Of a stretch of DNA of 26,925 nucleotides, positions 1 to 13,460 are shown one piece after another. Made by a program: the position numbers and the translations under genes. Below the pieces are notes generated by a model. The model was not told the origin of the DNA and ran no database searches. It saw only the letters and a program-made list of their open reading frames with translations. Source of the DNA: Tubiluchus corallicola (taxonomy: Eukaryota > Animalia > Priapulida); contig JAQGDQ010001747.1 in the NCBI GenBank assembly GCA_030141605.1, positions 1 to 26,925 of the forward strand. Reading direction: 5' to 3'. Positions within the stretch are counted from its first letter, which is position 1. Every line of letters begins with the position of its first letter.

Positions 1-305
1 AAGTTTAAGCTTGTTGTAGTTGGACGCTGCACGAGCTTTAATCAGGGGCGTAGCCAGGTTCCAAAGTTAAAGCTTGTTGTAGTTGAACGCTGCACGAGCT
101 TTAATCAGGGGCGTAGCCAGGTTCCAAAGTTAAAGCTTGCCTGTAGTTGGACGCTGCACGGGGCGTAGCCAGGTTCCAAAGCTAAAGCTTGTCTGTAGTT
201 GGGCGCTGCACGGGGCGTAGCCAGGTTCCAAAGTTAAACTTAAAGCTTGCTGTAGTTGGGCGCTGCACGCGCTTTAATCAGGGGCGTAGCCAGGTTCCAA
301 AGTTA
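1..305 (+). repeat. Tandem repeat of 52-69 bp units (5 copies, probably continuing left of the window)
   Basis: Unit aagttaaagcttg..tgtagttggacgctgcacg(agctttaatca)ggggcgtagccaggttcca starts at 1, 64, 127, 179 and 231; units 3 and 4 lack the internal agctttaatcag segment. Confidence 0.95.
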
Positions 306-313
306 CAGCAACA

Positions 314-565
314 CCGAACCCAATGTTAAACCATAGATCAAAACAATCTATACTTTATAAAATATTGAAAGGAAACATACTATTTACATGCATTTCACCA
401 TTCGCTAGTTAGACGGGCACTAGCGCCTGCATTTCGGAAATGCATTGCACAAAAAACAGGTGTAGTACCTCTCAGTTGAGATGTGTTATTTTCTGACAAA
501 CTACACACGTCCAACAGCTTATGCGCGAGTAAATTTTTAATTTGAATTTTTATCTTAAAACTTGC
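314..565 (+). mobile_element. Interspersed repeat family A, copy 1 (internally deleted; class unknown)
   Basis: 541-565 (tttgaatttttatcttaaaacttgc) is the reverse complement of 12996-13020; 385-520 matches rc of ~13040-13186; 320-378 matches rc of 13398-13454. Confidence 0.75.
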
Positions 566-725
566 TCGCTCACTCACTCACTCACTCACTCACTCACTCA
601 CTCACTCACTCACTCACTCACGCACGCACTCAGTCACGCACGCACGCACGCACGCACTCACTCACTCGCTCACTCACTCACTCACTCGCTCACTCACTCA
701 CTCACTTACGTACTTACTTACTTAT
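566..725 (+). repeat. Compound tetranucleotide microsatellite (CACT)n/(CACG)n/(TACT)n
   Basis: Seen directly; explains ORF 542..820. Confidence 0.97.
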
Positions 726-910
726 TTGAGGTGCTAAGTGCAAACAGAATGTTTAATTTATTAACAGCGCATCAAATTATACATCTAATTAATTATGACA
801 TCTCGGCCAGTATTGCTTAACTTAACGATTAATTTTCATAACAAACTTCTCTTTGTACAATGATGATGATGATATATATATTCATGACTCACCTACAGGA
901 GACAACTGCA

Positions 911-919
911 ACCACAACC

Positions 920-1013
<94 letters not shown>

Positions 1014-1014
1014 C
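911..1014 (+). repeat. (CAA)n microsatellite
   Basis: Seen directly; explains four homopolymeric ORFs. Confidence 0.98.
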
Positions 1015-1126
1015 GATGCAATTGCTACAACTTGCCATCTGATAAAGTAGGTAGGAAAAATTAACAAGGTAATGTGTTTGTGCTTGTATTCCGCCAGGTG
1101 TCAATCCAAGGTCAACGCAACAGACT

Positions 1127-1580
1127 TTAAATCACAACAGAACCCTCCACTTACAATTTACCCTCGTTCTTCAAATTTTATACAACGCATACTACATTTT
1201 TGCATGCAGGGCTTGCGTCGGCAGTAACGCTGGGTGAGTCAGTGACATTTTACCAATTGATGAAAACATTTTAAATAATTAATAATTTTATTTTCTTGTT
1301 ACATAAGTCTTTCAACCAGGTAAGCGAAATGCTGAGTAATATAGATTTGCATAGAAAGACTTTTTGGGACACAATCTAACATTTCCTTTTCTTTACGTTG
1401 TGCGTATATGACGTCATGTAATGGCGCGGTCGGTACAGTATTGGCGGAAAGTTAAAATTAAAACGAACAAAACTTCCTTTCAACGCGGAGACGATATGCG
1501 CGCAAAACTGTTGTAAAGTAACAGTTTTTAAAGCGATTTTTCTGAAATCCACTTCAGGTACCCCTTTTCTTTTCATTTAA
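1127..1580 (+). mobile_element. Family B non-autonomous DNA transposon (Kolobok-like), internally deleted copy
   Basis: Collinear with 21178-21872 (aaccctccacttac, cttgcgtcggcagtaacg, gggtgagtcag, atatgacgtcatgtaatggcg). Bounded by TTAA at 1127-1130 and 1577-1580. Lacks ~220 bp found between gcagtaacg and ctgg in the 21-kb copy. Confidence 0.75.
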
Positions 1581-1582
1581 AA

Positions 1583-2005
1583 AGGGAAGAAAAGAAATGT
1601 TAAACTATGTCCCGAAAAGACTTCCAGGCAAAGTTATATTACTTATCCTTACCTGCTTGAAAGATTAATGTAACTAGAAAAGAAAATTCCTAGTAACGTA
1701 AAATATTCGGGACAACTGGTGAAACGTCACTGACTCACCTTTCCCAGTGTGCACCACTGTTTCACTAACATACTCACTTTTAAACTTATTGACTAACTAA
1801 ATTTAACTAATTTAAACTAATTAATTTTTATTAATTTTTGAAACTTCACGCAATGAAACTTGAACGTGTTCGACTTGCTATTAAAATGCCCGGGCTTAAC
1901 GGTCATCGCGGGAGTTTAAATTTACAAGTTTTATACAGTGTTACTGTTAACCCAAGCTCTGTACGCAATGAGACAGCACGTAGGTGATACAAAATTTCAA
2001 TTCAA
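1583..2005 (-). mobile_element. Family B partial copy in inverted orientation
   Basis: The reverse complement aligns to ~21225-21675 (gaaattttgtatcac, aaatttaaactcccgcgatgac, gtggtgcac.ctgg, ggtgagtcag, tctttcaagcaggtaag). Confidence 0.75.
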
Positions 2006-2094
2006 ATATTAAAATATTGAAGTACTAAAAATTTGCATATATAAAAGTAGAAAAGTATATTATACATATATCGTTCTCGCCTTAAGAGTAATTT

Positions 2095-2268
2095 TTGTTT
2101 GTTTGTTTATTTGTTTGTTTGTTTGTTTGTTTGTTTGTTTATTTGTTTGTTTGTTTGTTTTTTTGTTAGTTTGCTTGTTTGTTTGTTTGTTTGTTTGTTA
2201 GTTTCCTTGTTTGTTTATTTGTTTCTTTGTTTGTTTATTTGTTTCTTTGTTTGTTTATTTGTTTCTTT
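2095..2268 (+). repeat. (TTTG)n microsatellite
   Basis: Seen directly. Confidence 0.97.
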
Positions 2269-2477
2269 TTAAAATTGAATTATTCGCAGTGAAAATGTAA
2301 TAATCCATCCTGTCACCCCCAGACTACGCCTCCCACGCCTTTGGTTATAAAATACTTTATTAGGTCTAGTTATAAAACAAAATTAAGTTGAATAAAATAA
2401 TTTAACGGAAGCTGGTGAACCGGAAGTTGGGATAATGGTGTAATAACATCCATGGATTCGGTTTTCGGTTATTTTTT

Positions 2478-2732
2478 GCACGCACACACACACACGCACG
2501 CACGCACGCACACACACACACACACGCACACGCACACGCACACGCGCACGCGCGCACACACACACGCACGCACACACACACACACACACGCACATGCGCA
2601 CACACACACGCACGCAGACACACACACACACGCACACGCGCACGCACGCACACACACACACACGCAGACACACACACGCACACGCGCACACGCGCACGCG
2701 CGCACACACACGCGCACGCACACACACACACA
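2478..2732 (+). repeat. (CA)n/(CG)n alternating purine-pyrimidine microsatellite
   Basis: Seen directly; explains ORFs between 2383 and 2809. Confidence 0.97.
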
Positions 2733-4144
2733 TCTCAACACAAAAACCCGTAACACAAACTGTCACCGATACCAAATCCCTTTTATACGATAATTCCTTT
2801 CTTCCTTAATAATTAACAATTGTTTTATAATCAAGCTTCGATAGAAAACCGCGTGGCTTCGTAAAGTACGGGTTTTTCTCTGAATGAAGCCAAGTTTACG
2901 TTGATTCGAACTGACTTTGCGCGCAACGATGCATCAAATTTAAACCGGATTCTGAGTTTTACACATTATTAACCCGTGACTCACAATTTCTGATGAATTC
3001 TTTGCAACACGCGGTTGCCACGTTGCCGAAGTTTTCAGAAAACAGACAAATATAACCGATAAATTTGACAGTAATTGAAGTCATACCACTGAAAGGATTG
3101 ATCATTATTACGGGTTGGATAAACATAATAAAGTTCGTTAGCTATGCCACGGCTAGCTGTATACAGTTTGTGAAATATTGACGATAATATTAATAATGAT
3201 GATAGGAAAGAAAAAGCACAAGAAGAAGGAGAAGAAAAAGAAGGAAAAGACGAAAAAGATAAAGAACTAGATGAAGATGAAGTTCATTTTTTCTTGTTCC
3301 CAAAGAAGATCCTGCTAGTAAATCACTCTACGCACAGACTGATGCATAATTAGACCACGTAAAACAGTTGAAGTTTCCAAACAGATGCGACAGACGACTT
3401 TGCTTTACCCACAAGTCACGTGCTTATTGGATTATACTATTGAAAACGCTGATCATTGTAACAGTTTGCCTATATATAATGAAGTTATTAATGCTAACTG
3501 TGTACTGTTTGGATTTAAAAAAATGAAATGCTGACGATGATGATGATGATAAAGAACCAGAACAAGAACGACAAGAAGAAAAGGAAAAGAAGAAGTAGAA
3601 GAGCAAAAAGAAAAAGAAGAAACATTAACAATGATAACTTCATTTACATCTTCATTTCATGCTTGGGTGACGTTTTCCACCAATGACGTCATTCATCGAC
3701 TGAAGAAAATCAGAGCGTTGTTCAATCTCTGTCAAAAGTATAAGTTTTTACAAAAAATAACTATTTTGTTATATATTTACAAGGACATTACAGTAAGCTG
3801 CAGAAGTTTAAATTAGTTTAAGCAGCACGAGTTTACGGAAGCCACGATGCAGTTACGAAAAACCACGAATTCCACCAGTGACGTCACTGCACCTGAAGCT
3901 TTATGCTTTAAAAACGTTTTTTCAGATTTTTTTATCCACTATGTTTTCTAAGTTTAATTGAAAACAGTAAAAAACCCAACATACTATAATTGTAAAATTG
4001 TTTATTGTAGTTGGAAAGGTATAAAAAATTACGTTTTCATAATTTTCAGTAGTGCAGTGTAACATTCTTAATGCAGGCTATGCATTTTATTATTTCTGTT
4101 GTTAAAATTACAGACTATTGCACCCAGGTTTTCTGTAAATGTAA

Positions 4145-4628
4145 ATTCCTATTCCTATTACATGTAATATGTGAATGTACATGTACATTTCTATTACGTG
4201 TAATGTGTAATATGTGATGTACATGTACATTTCTATTACGTGTAATATGTAATATGTAATATGTGAATGTACATGTACATTTTTATTACGTGCAATATGT
4301 AATATGTGAATGTACATGTATATTTCTATTACATGTAATAGGTAATATGTAATATGTGAAAGTACATGTACATTTTTATTACGTGCAATATGTAATATGT
4401 GACTGTACATGTACATTTCTATTGCATGTAATATGTAATATGTGAATGTACATGTATATTTCTATTACATGTAATAGGTAATATGTAATATGTGAATGTA
4501 CACGTACATTTCTATTGCATGTAATATGTAATATGTGAATGTACATGTATATTTCTATTACACGTAATAGGTAATATGTAATATGTGAATGTACACGTAC
4601 ATTTCTATTACATGTAATAAGTAATATG
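4145..4628 (+). repeat. Minisatellite with 43/50-bp units built from 7-bp gtaatat subunits
   Basis: tttctatt starts recur at 4416, 4459, 4509, 4552 and 4602 (spacing 43, 50, 43, 50); units contain tgtacatgtaca-type palindromes. Confidence 0.93.
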
Positions 4629-5026
4629 CGGGAATTTCAGCTTTCCCGCCATTTTTCCGTTTCAAACTGAGAGCTTTTGCAATTTTAATCGTTCATTATT
4701 GGTTGGCGAGTTTCAATAATTTACTTGTTGCTACGGGGAATACAGAGTCCAAGTCTTTACGTGCACTTTACGTAGCTTATAAAAATTTGATGATCAGGCG
4801 TAGGCATGGCGTCAGCTTCATCATTAAAATTCGACTTTCATTAATTTATGATTAAACTCAAACAAGTCTATTGCTGCTTTACTTATCAAAGTCTATTAAA
4901 GTCTATTCCTGGTACCAAGTATTTTGGTAAATACCTTATGCTGATGTGGTTGCAATTTTGTGGTTGTATTTCTGGTGGATTTTAAGTTCATTCCCCAATC
5001 AGTTTTTTGGGCAAAATGTAAAGTTG

Positions 5027-5232
5027 CAAAATAATTTGACTTTTCCTTTAAATCAAAGGAATTTTTTACAAAACGAAGCTACTGATTAATTATACCTGTC
5101 AGCATGAACGATTCCAATCTAAAGTGGATCAAAACTCATAAAGGTAAGAAAGGTATTAAGCAAGCATGCCCAAATATGGTCATCCAGTAATTGCAGAATG
5201 AACCTAGTTATTGTACAATCAGTCAACCATGT
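5027..5232 (+). repeat. ~205-bp direct repeat, copy 1
   Basis: Matches 5893-6098 at offset 866; 5110-5232 is identical to 5976-6098. Confidence 0.95.
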
Positions 5233-5256
5233 CAAAATCACGGTGAATTGTTCATT

Positions 5257-5892
<636 letters not shown>

Positions 5893-6098
5893 CAAAATCA
5901 TTTGCCTTTTCCTTTAAATCAAAGAAATTTTTTACAAAACGAAATTACTGATCGATTATACGTGTCCGCATGAAAGATTCCAATCTAAAGTGGATCAAAA
6001 CTCATAAAGGTAAGAAAGGTATTAAGCAAGCATGCCCAAATATGGTCATCCAGTAATTGCAGAATGAACCTAGTTATTGTACAATCAGTCAACCATGT
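5893..6098 (+). repeat. ~205-bp direct repeat, copy 2
   Basis: Matches 5027-5232. Confidence 0.95.
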
Positions 6099-6332
6099 GA
6101 ATTATAACACAGTTTGAAGCCAATATGTACGCAAGTTAATCCTGTCGTAAATGATCGTAAAATCCCACAGTTTTGTGACGCACCGCGAAATCGGTGAAGT
6201 CGTTTCAGTCACGTTCTCGTCCTGAAGACCACTGATTTCCACTCTTGATTTTTAAGCTAAACTTTTCGAGTAATTAAGGTCGTCTGCTTGATTTGTTCAC
6301 ACCGTAGTCAATAAATGCAGTTTACGTAAGTT

Positions 6333-6501
6333 AGAAATTATGAAAAAGTTGAGTAGGAGACTAGCAACAACAAGACAGCAACAATAACAACAGCAGGCAT
6401 AACAACAGCAACAGCAACAGCAAAAGCAGCAGCAACATCAGTAACATCAGTAAGAATATCGTCGCCATCGTCATCGTCATCAGCATCGTCATCGTCATCA
6501 G

Positions 6502-6560
<59 letters not shown>

Positions 6561-6793
6561 ACACCATCATCATAATCATCATCACCACCACCACCACCAT
6601 CATCATCATCATTGTCATAGCGTTAACTGAACTGGAAAAGGCAGGGCAAAATAACATAATTTATTAAAGAAAAAAGCAAGTGATTCAGTACGTTGGTGTT
6701 GCTGTTGCTGTTGTAATGCCTGCTGTTGTTATTGTTGCTGTCTTGTTGTTGCTAGTTTTTTCCCACCTGCTACTCTATGTTTTCATAATTTCT
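6333..6793. repeat. Inverted repeat (60-bp core arms, looser outer extension) enclosing a (CAT)n tract
   Basis: 6360-6419 is the reverse complement of 6697-6756 at 59/60; agaaattatgaaaa (6333-6346) pairs with ttttcataatttct (6780-6793). Confidence 0.9.
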
Positions 6794-7061
6794 TAGCCAA
6801 GCAACATTTACTCTGCAACACTGGAAAGGATATCAAATATCTACGCTCTGCCCTTGCTAATCCTTACCTAAGTGGTTTTATTAATAATCATTATCGCCAT
6901 TTATAAAAGTACGTCAAGAAATCGATAGATCATTGCTCAGGACATTAGCGTCCACTCTGTGGGGTTTCCTGTTACTGGTCAGCGGTCAGCGTACTTTGAA
7001 CCCTGGCAAGCTGACCACAAATATGAATACGTACAACAGGATTTAAAGCACAGATAACATT

Positions 7062-8550
7062 TCTCACATTGGAATTAGTTATAGTGACATGGAATGAATC
7101 TTACACCAAGTTAGTTACTCTACAGTGCAATGAACCTTAGACTGACTTAGAGTTACTCTGTGATGGAATGAATCTTTCACCAAGTTAGTTACTCTACAGT
7201 GCAATGAACCTTAGACTGACTTAGTTACTCTGTGATGGAATGAATCTTTCACCAAGTTAGTTACTCTACAGTGCAATGAACCTTAAACTGACTTAGTTAC
7301 TCTGGGACGGAATGAATCTTACATCAGCTTTGGTTACTCTGCAGTGCAATGAACCTTAGACTGACTTAGTTACTCTGGGACGGAATGAATCTTACATCAG
7401 CTTTGGTTACTCTACAGTGCAATGAACCTTAGACTGACTTAGTTACTCTGGGACGGAATGAATCTTACATCAGCTTTGGTTACTCTGCAGTGCAATGAAC
7501 CTTGGACTGACTTAGTTACTCTGTGATGAAATGAATCTTACATCAAGTTAGTTACTCTACAGTGCGATGAACCTTAGATTGACTTAGTTACTCTGTGATG
7601 GAATGAATCTTACACCAAGTTAGTTACTCTGCAGTGCGATGAACCTTAGATTGACTTAGTTACTCTGGGACGGAATGAATCTTACACCAAGTTAGTTACT
7701 CTGCAGTGCGATGAACCTTAGACTGACTTAGTTACTCTGTGACGGAATGAATCTTCACAGTTGTTACTCTGCAGTGCAATGAACCTTACTGACTTAGTTA
7801 CTCTGGGACGGAATGAATCTTACACCAGTTAGTTACTCTCAGTGCATGAACCTTAGACTGACTTAGTTACTCTGGACGGAATGAATCTTCATCAGCTTTG
7901 GTTACTCTGCAGTGCAATGAACCTTGGACTGACTTAGTTACTCTGTGATGAAATGAATCTTACATCAAGTTAGTTACTCTACAGTGCGATGAACCTTAGA
8001 TTGACTTAGTTACTCTGTGATGGAATGAATCTTACACCAAGTTAGTTACTCTGCAGTGCGATGAACCTTAGATTGACTTAGTTACTCTGGGACGGAATGA
8101 ATCTTACACCAAGTTAGTTACTCAGCCATGGAACGAATCTTACATCGACTTAGTTACTCAGCCATGGAACGAATCTTACGTCAACTTAGTCACTCAGCCA
8201 TGGAACGAATCTTACGTCGACTTAGTTACTCAGCAATGGAACGAGCCTCACATCAACTTAGTTACTCAGCCATGGAACGAATCTTACGTCGACTTAGTTA
8301 CTCAGCAATAGAACGAATCTCACATCAGCTTAGTTACTCAGCAATAGAACGAATCTCACATCAGCTTAGTTACCACCAAACAACACCACACACTCAGCCA
8401 TGGAACGAATCTTACGTCAACTTAGTTACTCAGCAATGGAACGAATCTCACATCAACTTAGTTACTCAGCCATGGAACGAATCTTACGTCGACTTAGTTA
8501 CTCAGTAATGGAAAGTATTCTACATCAACTGAGTTACTTTGCCATGGAGC
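7062..8550 (+). repeat. 36-bp minisatellite (~41 units): 72-bp A/B dimers to ~8120, then a different 36-bp variant
   Basis: A = ggaatgaatcttacaccaagttagttactctacagt, B = gcaatgaaccttagactgacttagttactctgtgat; after ~8120 the unit is ggaacgaatcttacgtcgacttagttactcagccat. Explains ORFs 8128..8585. Confidence 0.96.
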
Positions 8551-8741
8551 GAAAAAAATTTGAACAAAATTATCATATCCATTAAATATGGCGTCTTATT
8601 CTTTGGACGAACATTTAAAAAACAAATTCATTCTTACTCTGCTCTGCTTACATAAGAGACTTCCTCGTGCTGACTCGAAATACCTCAGTTCGAGGCCGCT
8701 GTGAGGTGAACTTTAAATGTAACAGAACAAAAACCAATTAC

Positions 8742-8811
8742 TTGACCTGGGTGCCTTTCAGTGGAAAGAACTCCAAGCCTCCAATACAGACTTCAACCTC
8801 TCTATACCTCT
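8742..8811 (-). CDS. Candidate internal coding exon (phase-1 start) reading RYREVEVCIGGLEFFPLKGTQ(V)
   Basis: Minus-strand acceptor gaacctttcgcag|AG and an open frame phase-compatible with the exon at 22010. Possible donors are cag|gtcaag (8747) or aa|gtaatt (8742), both weak. Confidence 0.3.
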
Positions 8812-9557
8812 CTGCGAAAGGTTCAACGTTAATTGGAGTCTATTGAGGGCAATGTTACATTAATATCATAATCAATATCGATTATTATATGTTTAAATGT
8901 TCAGTAACCAAACAATCCGCCTGGTATGTAAACATTAGTTAAGCAATTATTCCTCTCAAAGTGCTAAGCGAACCACAATTATACAGCAATCGACACTTGA
9001 GGGCGACAGTATAGGTTGGCGTTGTTGGCAAAGTTTCACAGTAAGGTTACAATAACTTTGTGCGAGTTTAAAGAAAACTGAACGATTGATTAGACTCAAT
9101 TTTATTTTTATTTACTGTCCAAAATATACATTTTTCTTGCCTATAAATGTTAGCAATTGTTTCTTATATTTGAATAATTAGCTTAGAAAGTTAATTAACG
9201 TCGGCCGTACACAGCTAATGCTTACGTCACACACTAGCCACAGTTTGTGCAATGGCAGAAGTCTTCCCTTGCGCATCAAGGACATTTGCGTAAGTGTTAC
9301 TGCTTAAAAGCGTGTATGTCACGAAAATGGGCTCTACATCAGATGACGTCATAAACTAACACTGCAGTTCATGATCACGGTTATCACTGTACTGTCTTCT
9401 ATTTGTCGGCCACTCGCATGCAACAAAAAGGCGCCGTTGCCAATCTAAGTAGATTCACGCGTACCTTTGAAAGTTTAACAAGTGCAATGCTACGCATCAT
9501 CTCTGCGCGTCAAGCACGTTTGCGTAAGAGAATTTGCGTGTTGAGTTTCTACTAAAC

Positions 9558-9823
9558 TTAAAGTACCAAGAAAACTCCAAAATTTTAAAAAAAGCTTAAA
9601 AAATTCTTCTTGAAATTTTGTATCACACTGGGCATGCGTCGGCAGTAACGCAATACGAAATTACATCAGTTTAAACTCCCACGATGACCGTTAGCTGCTG
9701 CCATTTTGATGATAAGTCATTTGAAACAAGTTTAGATAGCATTTGTTTAAAGTATGAAAAATAATCAGAGCATTTGCAGCACACATTTCGCCACCTAAGT
9801 AAAAATTTAAATTACTCTGTCTT
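9558..9823 (+). mobile_element. Family B (Kolobok-like) left-end fragment
   Basis: Starts ttaaagtaccaagaaaac; contains ttcttgaaattttgtatcac, tgcgtcggcagtaacg, tttaaactcccacgatgaccgttag and tttgaaacaagtttagata, matching ~21178-21458. Confidence 0.75.
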
Positions 9824-10573
9824 ATAGAGATATGTTATAGAGAAATGTTAAATAGAGATAAGCTTTCTCTTTAATTACGTACTGAAAAACTGTATCTTTT
9901 AATTTAACAAAATCCGTTTTAATTTATTACAGAATTTTACAAAAATAGTTTCTTCTATTGTATAAAATTTTGCACGAAGAATATCAGCTCTGATGCATTT
10001 TTCTATCCGGCGCCCATCCAGTGACTATCCGGAGATTGGCGCTGTTTAACTTTGGTTACTAAGTGCACAACGTCACCTCTCAGCAATTCTTTACCCTCAC
10101 CTTCCATTCAGTACTGTAAAAGTTGCATAATTTTTCACCCTCCCTCCCCACAAGTCTCCCACAGTTTACAATCAGATTGCTGAAGCCAGTTATTCACTAG
10201 ATACGCCGCGATGAAGCCAGATAGTAGAATGACGTCTGGGAAGCTGAATGCTAATAGGTATTAATTAATCTTAATTAAGAAATTAGGAATCGTTCAGCTG
10301 TGAAGTCCCCTGATATCACAGCTGGATTATAACGATTATTTCACTAATTATCAGTGAATGACGTCTAAGACGAGAACATTTGATTGTGAAGAAAGTTTCT
10401 GATGGAAATGACGTCATAAGGGGAATTTATAAGAGGGATAGAAGCTTATATTTAGCTGCTGACGTTTTGTGTTTGACCTGATTTAGAAAATGAGCTTGAA
10501 GAACAGACAAACAAACAAACAAGCAAGCAAGCTATTAGCACAGCAAGGAAAAAATTTACTATTTCTTCTGCTA

Positions 10574-11982
<1,409 letters not shown>

Positions 11983-12023
11983 TCACCACCACCATCACCA
12001 GCGCCACCGCTACCGCTGCCAAA

Positions 12024-12170
12024 CCATTTTTCCTACTTTTCCATTTGTGCCATTTTTACTTGTGCTATTTTTGCCATAACATTTTCTCATGTGCCATTTT
12101 TACGAGTGCCATTTTTACCTGTTCCATTTTCACCTGTGTCATTTTACCTGTGCCATTTTTACCATGCCCA
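12024..12170 (+). repeat. Degenerate 15-bp tandem repeat (tgtgccatttttacc), about 9 copies
   Basis: Seen directly. Confidence 0.85.
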
Positions 12171-12995
12171 TTAAAAGTAACTAATCAGTCGTACTCGGTG
12201 AGCAGTACATTGTCTGATCTAGATATTTTTGTTCATGGTCCTTTCCCATATCTCATCCCAATTTTCCCTGCAATCCTGCAGATTAAAACGACGGATGTGC
12301 AGATATACAGGAAGTGGTGACACATCGTGTTCATAATGCATTGATCTGTTTACACAGTGCCGTCAGATTCTACATTAATAACCTGATCCTAGTTTTAGGT
12401 GAATGCAGAAAGTTTATAGGATCAACGAAACTCAAACAACATGGCGCCATTTTCCATTTAAATTGTCGTGTAGGTTTTAGGTTAATGTAAGCTTAAACGA
12501 TCAGTATTGTTTTCTGCTGTTGCTAGGAGGTTAAAGTAAACTCCATTAGTTTTACCTTGATTTAGCAGGAAAAATATTCTTTGTTTGCTTTATGAAGTCG
12601 CGGGTTCGACTCCCTAATTGGACTTTATATAAGCATCTATTTTTCTGTAACCAAGTGAATGATTTACCAGACAGAAAAACAACTTTAAAGGAAAACAGGA
12701 TGATTTTCCATATACTATCCCATTTTCAAGTCCGTTAAAAAGTATATGATTATTTTTCATATAATATCATATTTTTAAGTAGGATAAAAGCATACATTTT
12801 AACACAATTAATTCTGCAAAAGCGTTTCTGATAATCAAATAATAGATTAATTAACGGCGGGCGAGCCCAGCTATTGATGACATCACAAACGAACATAATT
12901 TTCAACAACTAAAATACTCCACGAGCACGTGTTTGTGAAAGAGAAAATTGAAATACAGTGCTACTGTCAGATATTCGGTGTTGTACTAAAACTAG

Positions 12996-13460
12996 GCAAG
13001 TTTTAAGATAAAAATTCAAATTTCAGGTTTACCGCTGTCCTCACGCATGAGCTGTCGAACGTGTGCAGTTCGTCATAAACTAACCCATCTGAACTGAGAG
13101 GTACACCACCTGTTTTTTTGTGCAATGCGTTTCTGAAATGCAGGCGCTAGTGCCCATCTAACCAGCGAATGACGAAATGCATGTAACAGTGAAGAACTAG
13201 TGGCGCAAACGTGAAATTGTGTTTGTGTCGTAATAATTCTTTCATGTAAGTTATTTTTGATAAGAAATTAGTATGTTCCTTTTAACATTTTCAAGAATAG
13301 ATAAAAACCACGCAAACATTCCCCACGTGGTATAAAATTACAACTGCCATCTGTCGGAAGAAAACAATAAAAATTCCTTCAGTTTATAAATTTGTTTATG
13401 TTTCCTTTCAATATTTTAAAGAGTAGATTGTTTTGATCTACAGTTTAAGATTGGATCCGG
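12996..13460 (-). mobile_element. Interspersed repeat family A, copy 2 (longer)
   Basis: Inverted homologue of 314-565 with an extra ~210 bp (13187-13397). Confidence 0.75.

Noticed and set aside
1233-1739. Single MITE with ~160-bp TIRs
   Set aside because: Homology to 21178-21872 extends beyond both apparent ends, so these are two separate copies in opposite orientation.
6941-7057. Protein-like plus-strand frame DISVHSVGFPVTGQRSAYFEPWQADHKYEY
   Set aside because: Short, with a weak acceptor, no convincing donor and no recognisable family.
8128-8585. ORFs with 12-aa repeats (MERILRRLSYSA)
   Set aside because: A consequence of a 36-bp unit being open in one frame; the frame is disrupted by the insert near 8373 and the rest of the array is closed.
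12196-12285. Minus-strand exon candidate, considered with TGA as selenocysteine
   Set aside because: All three frames contain stops, there is no selenoprotein motif, and no SECIS was identified.
12595-12616. tRNA gene (B-box ggttcgactcc)
   Set aside because: No A-box or cloverleaf; at most a SINE-head relic.
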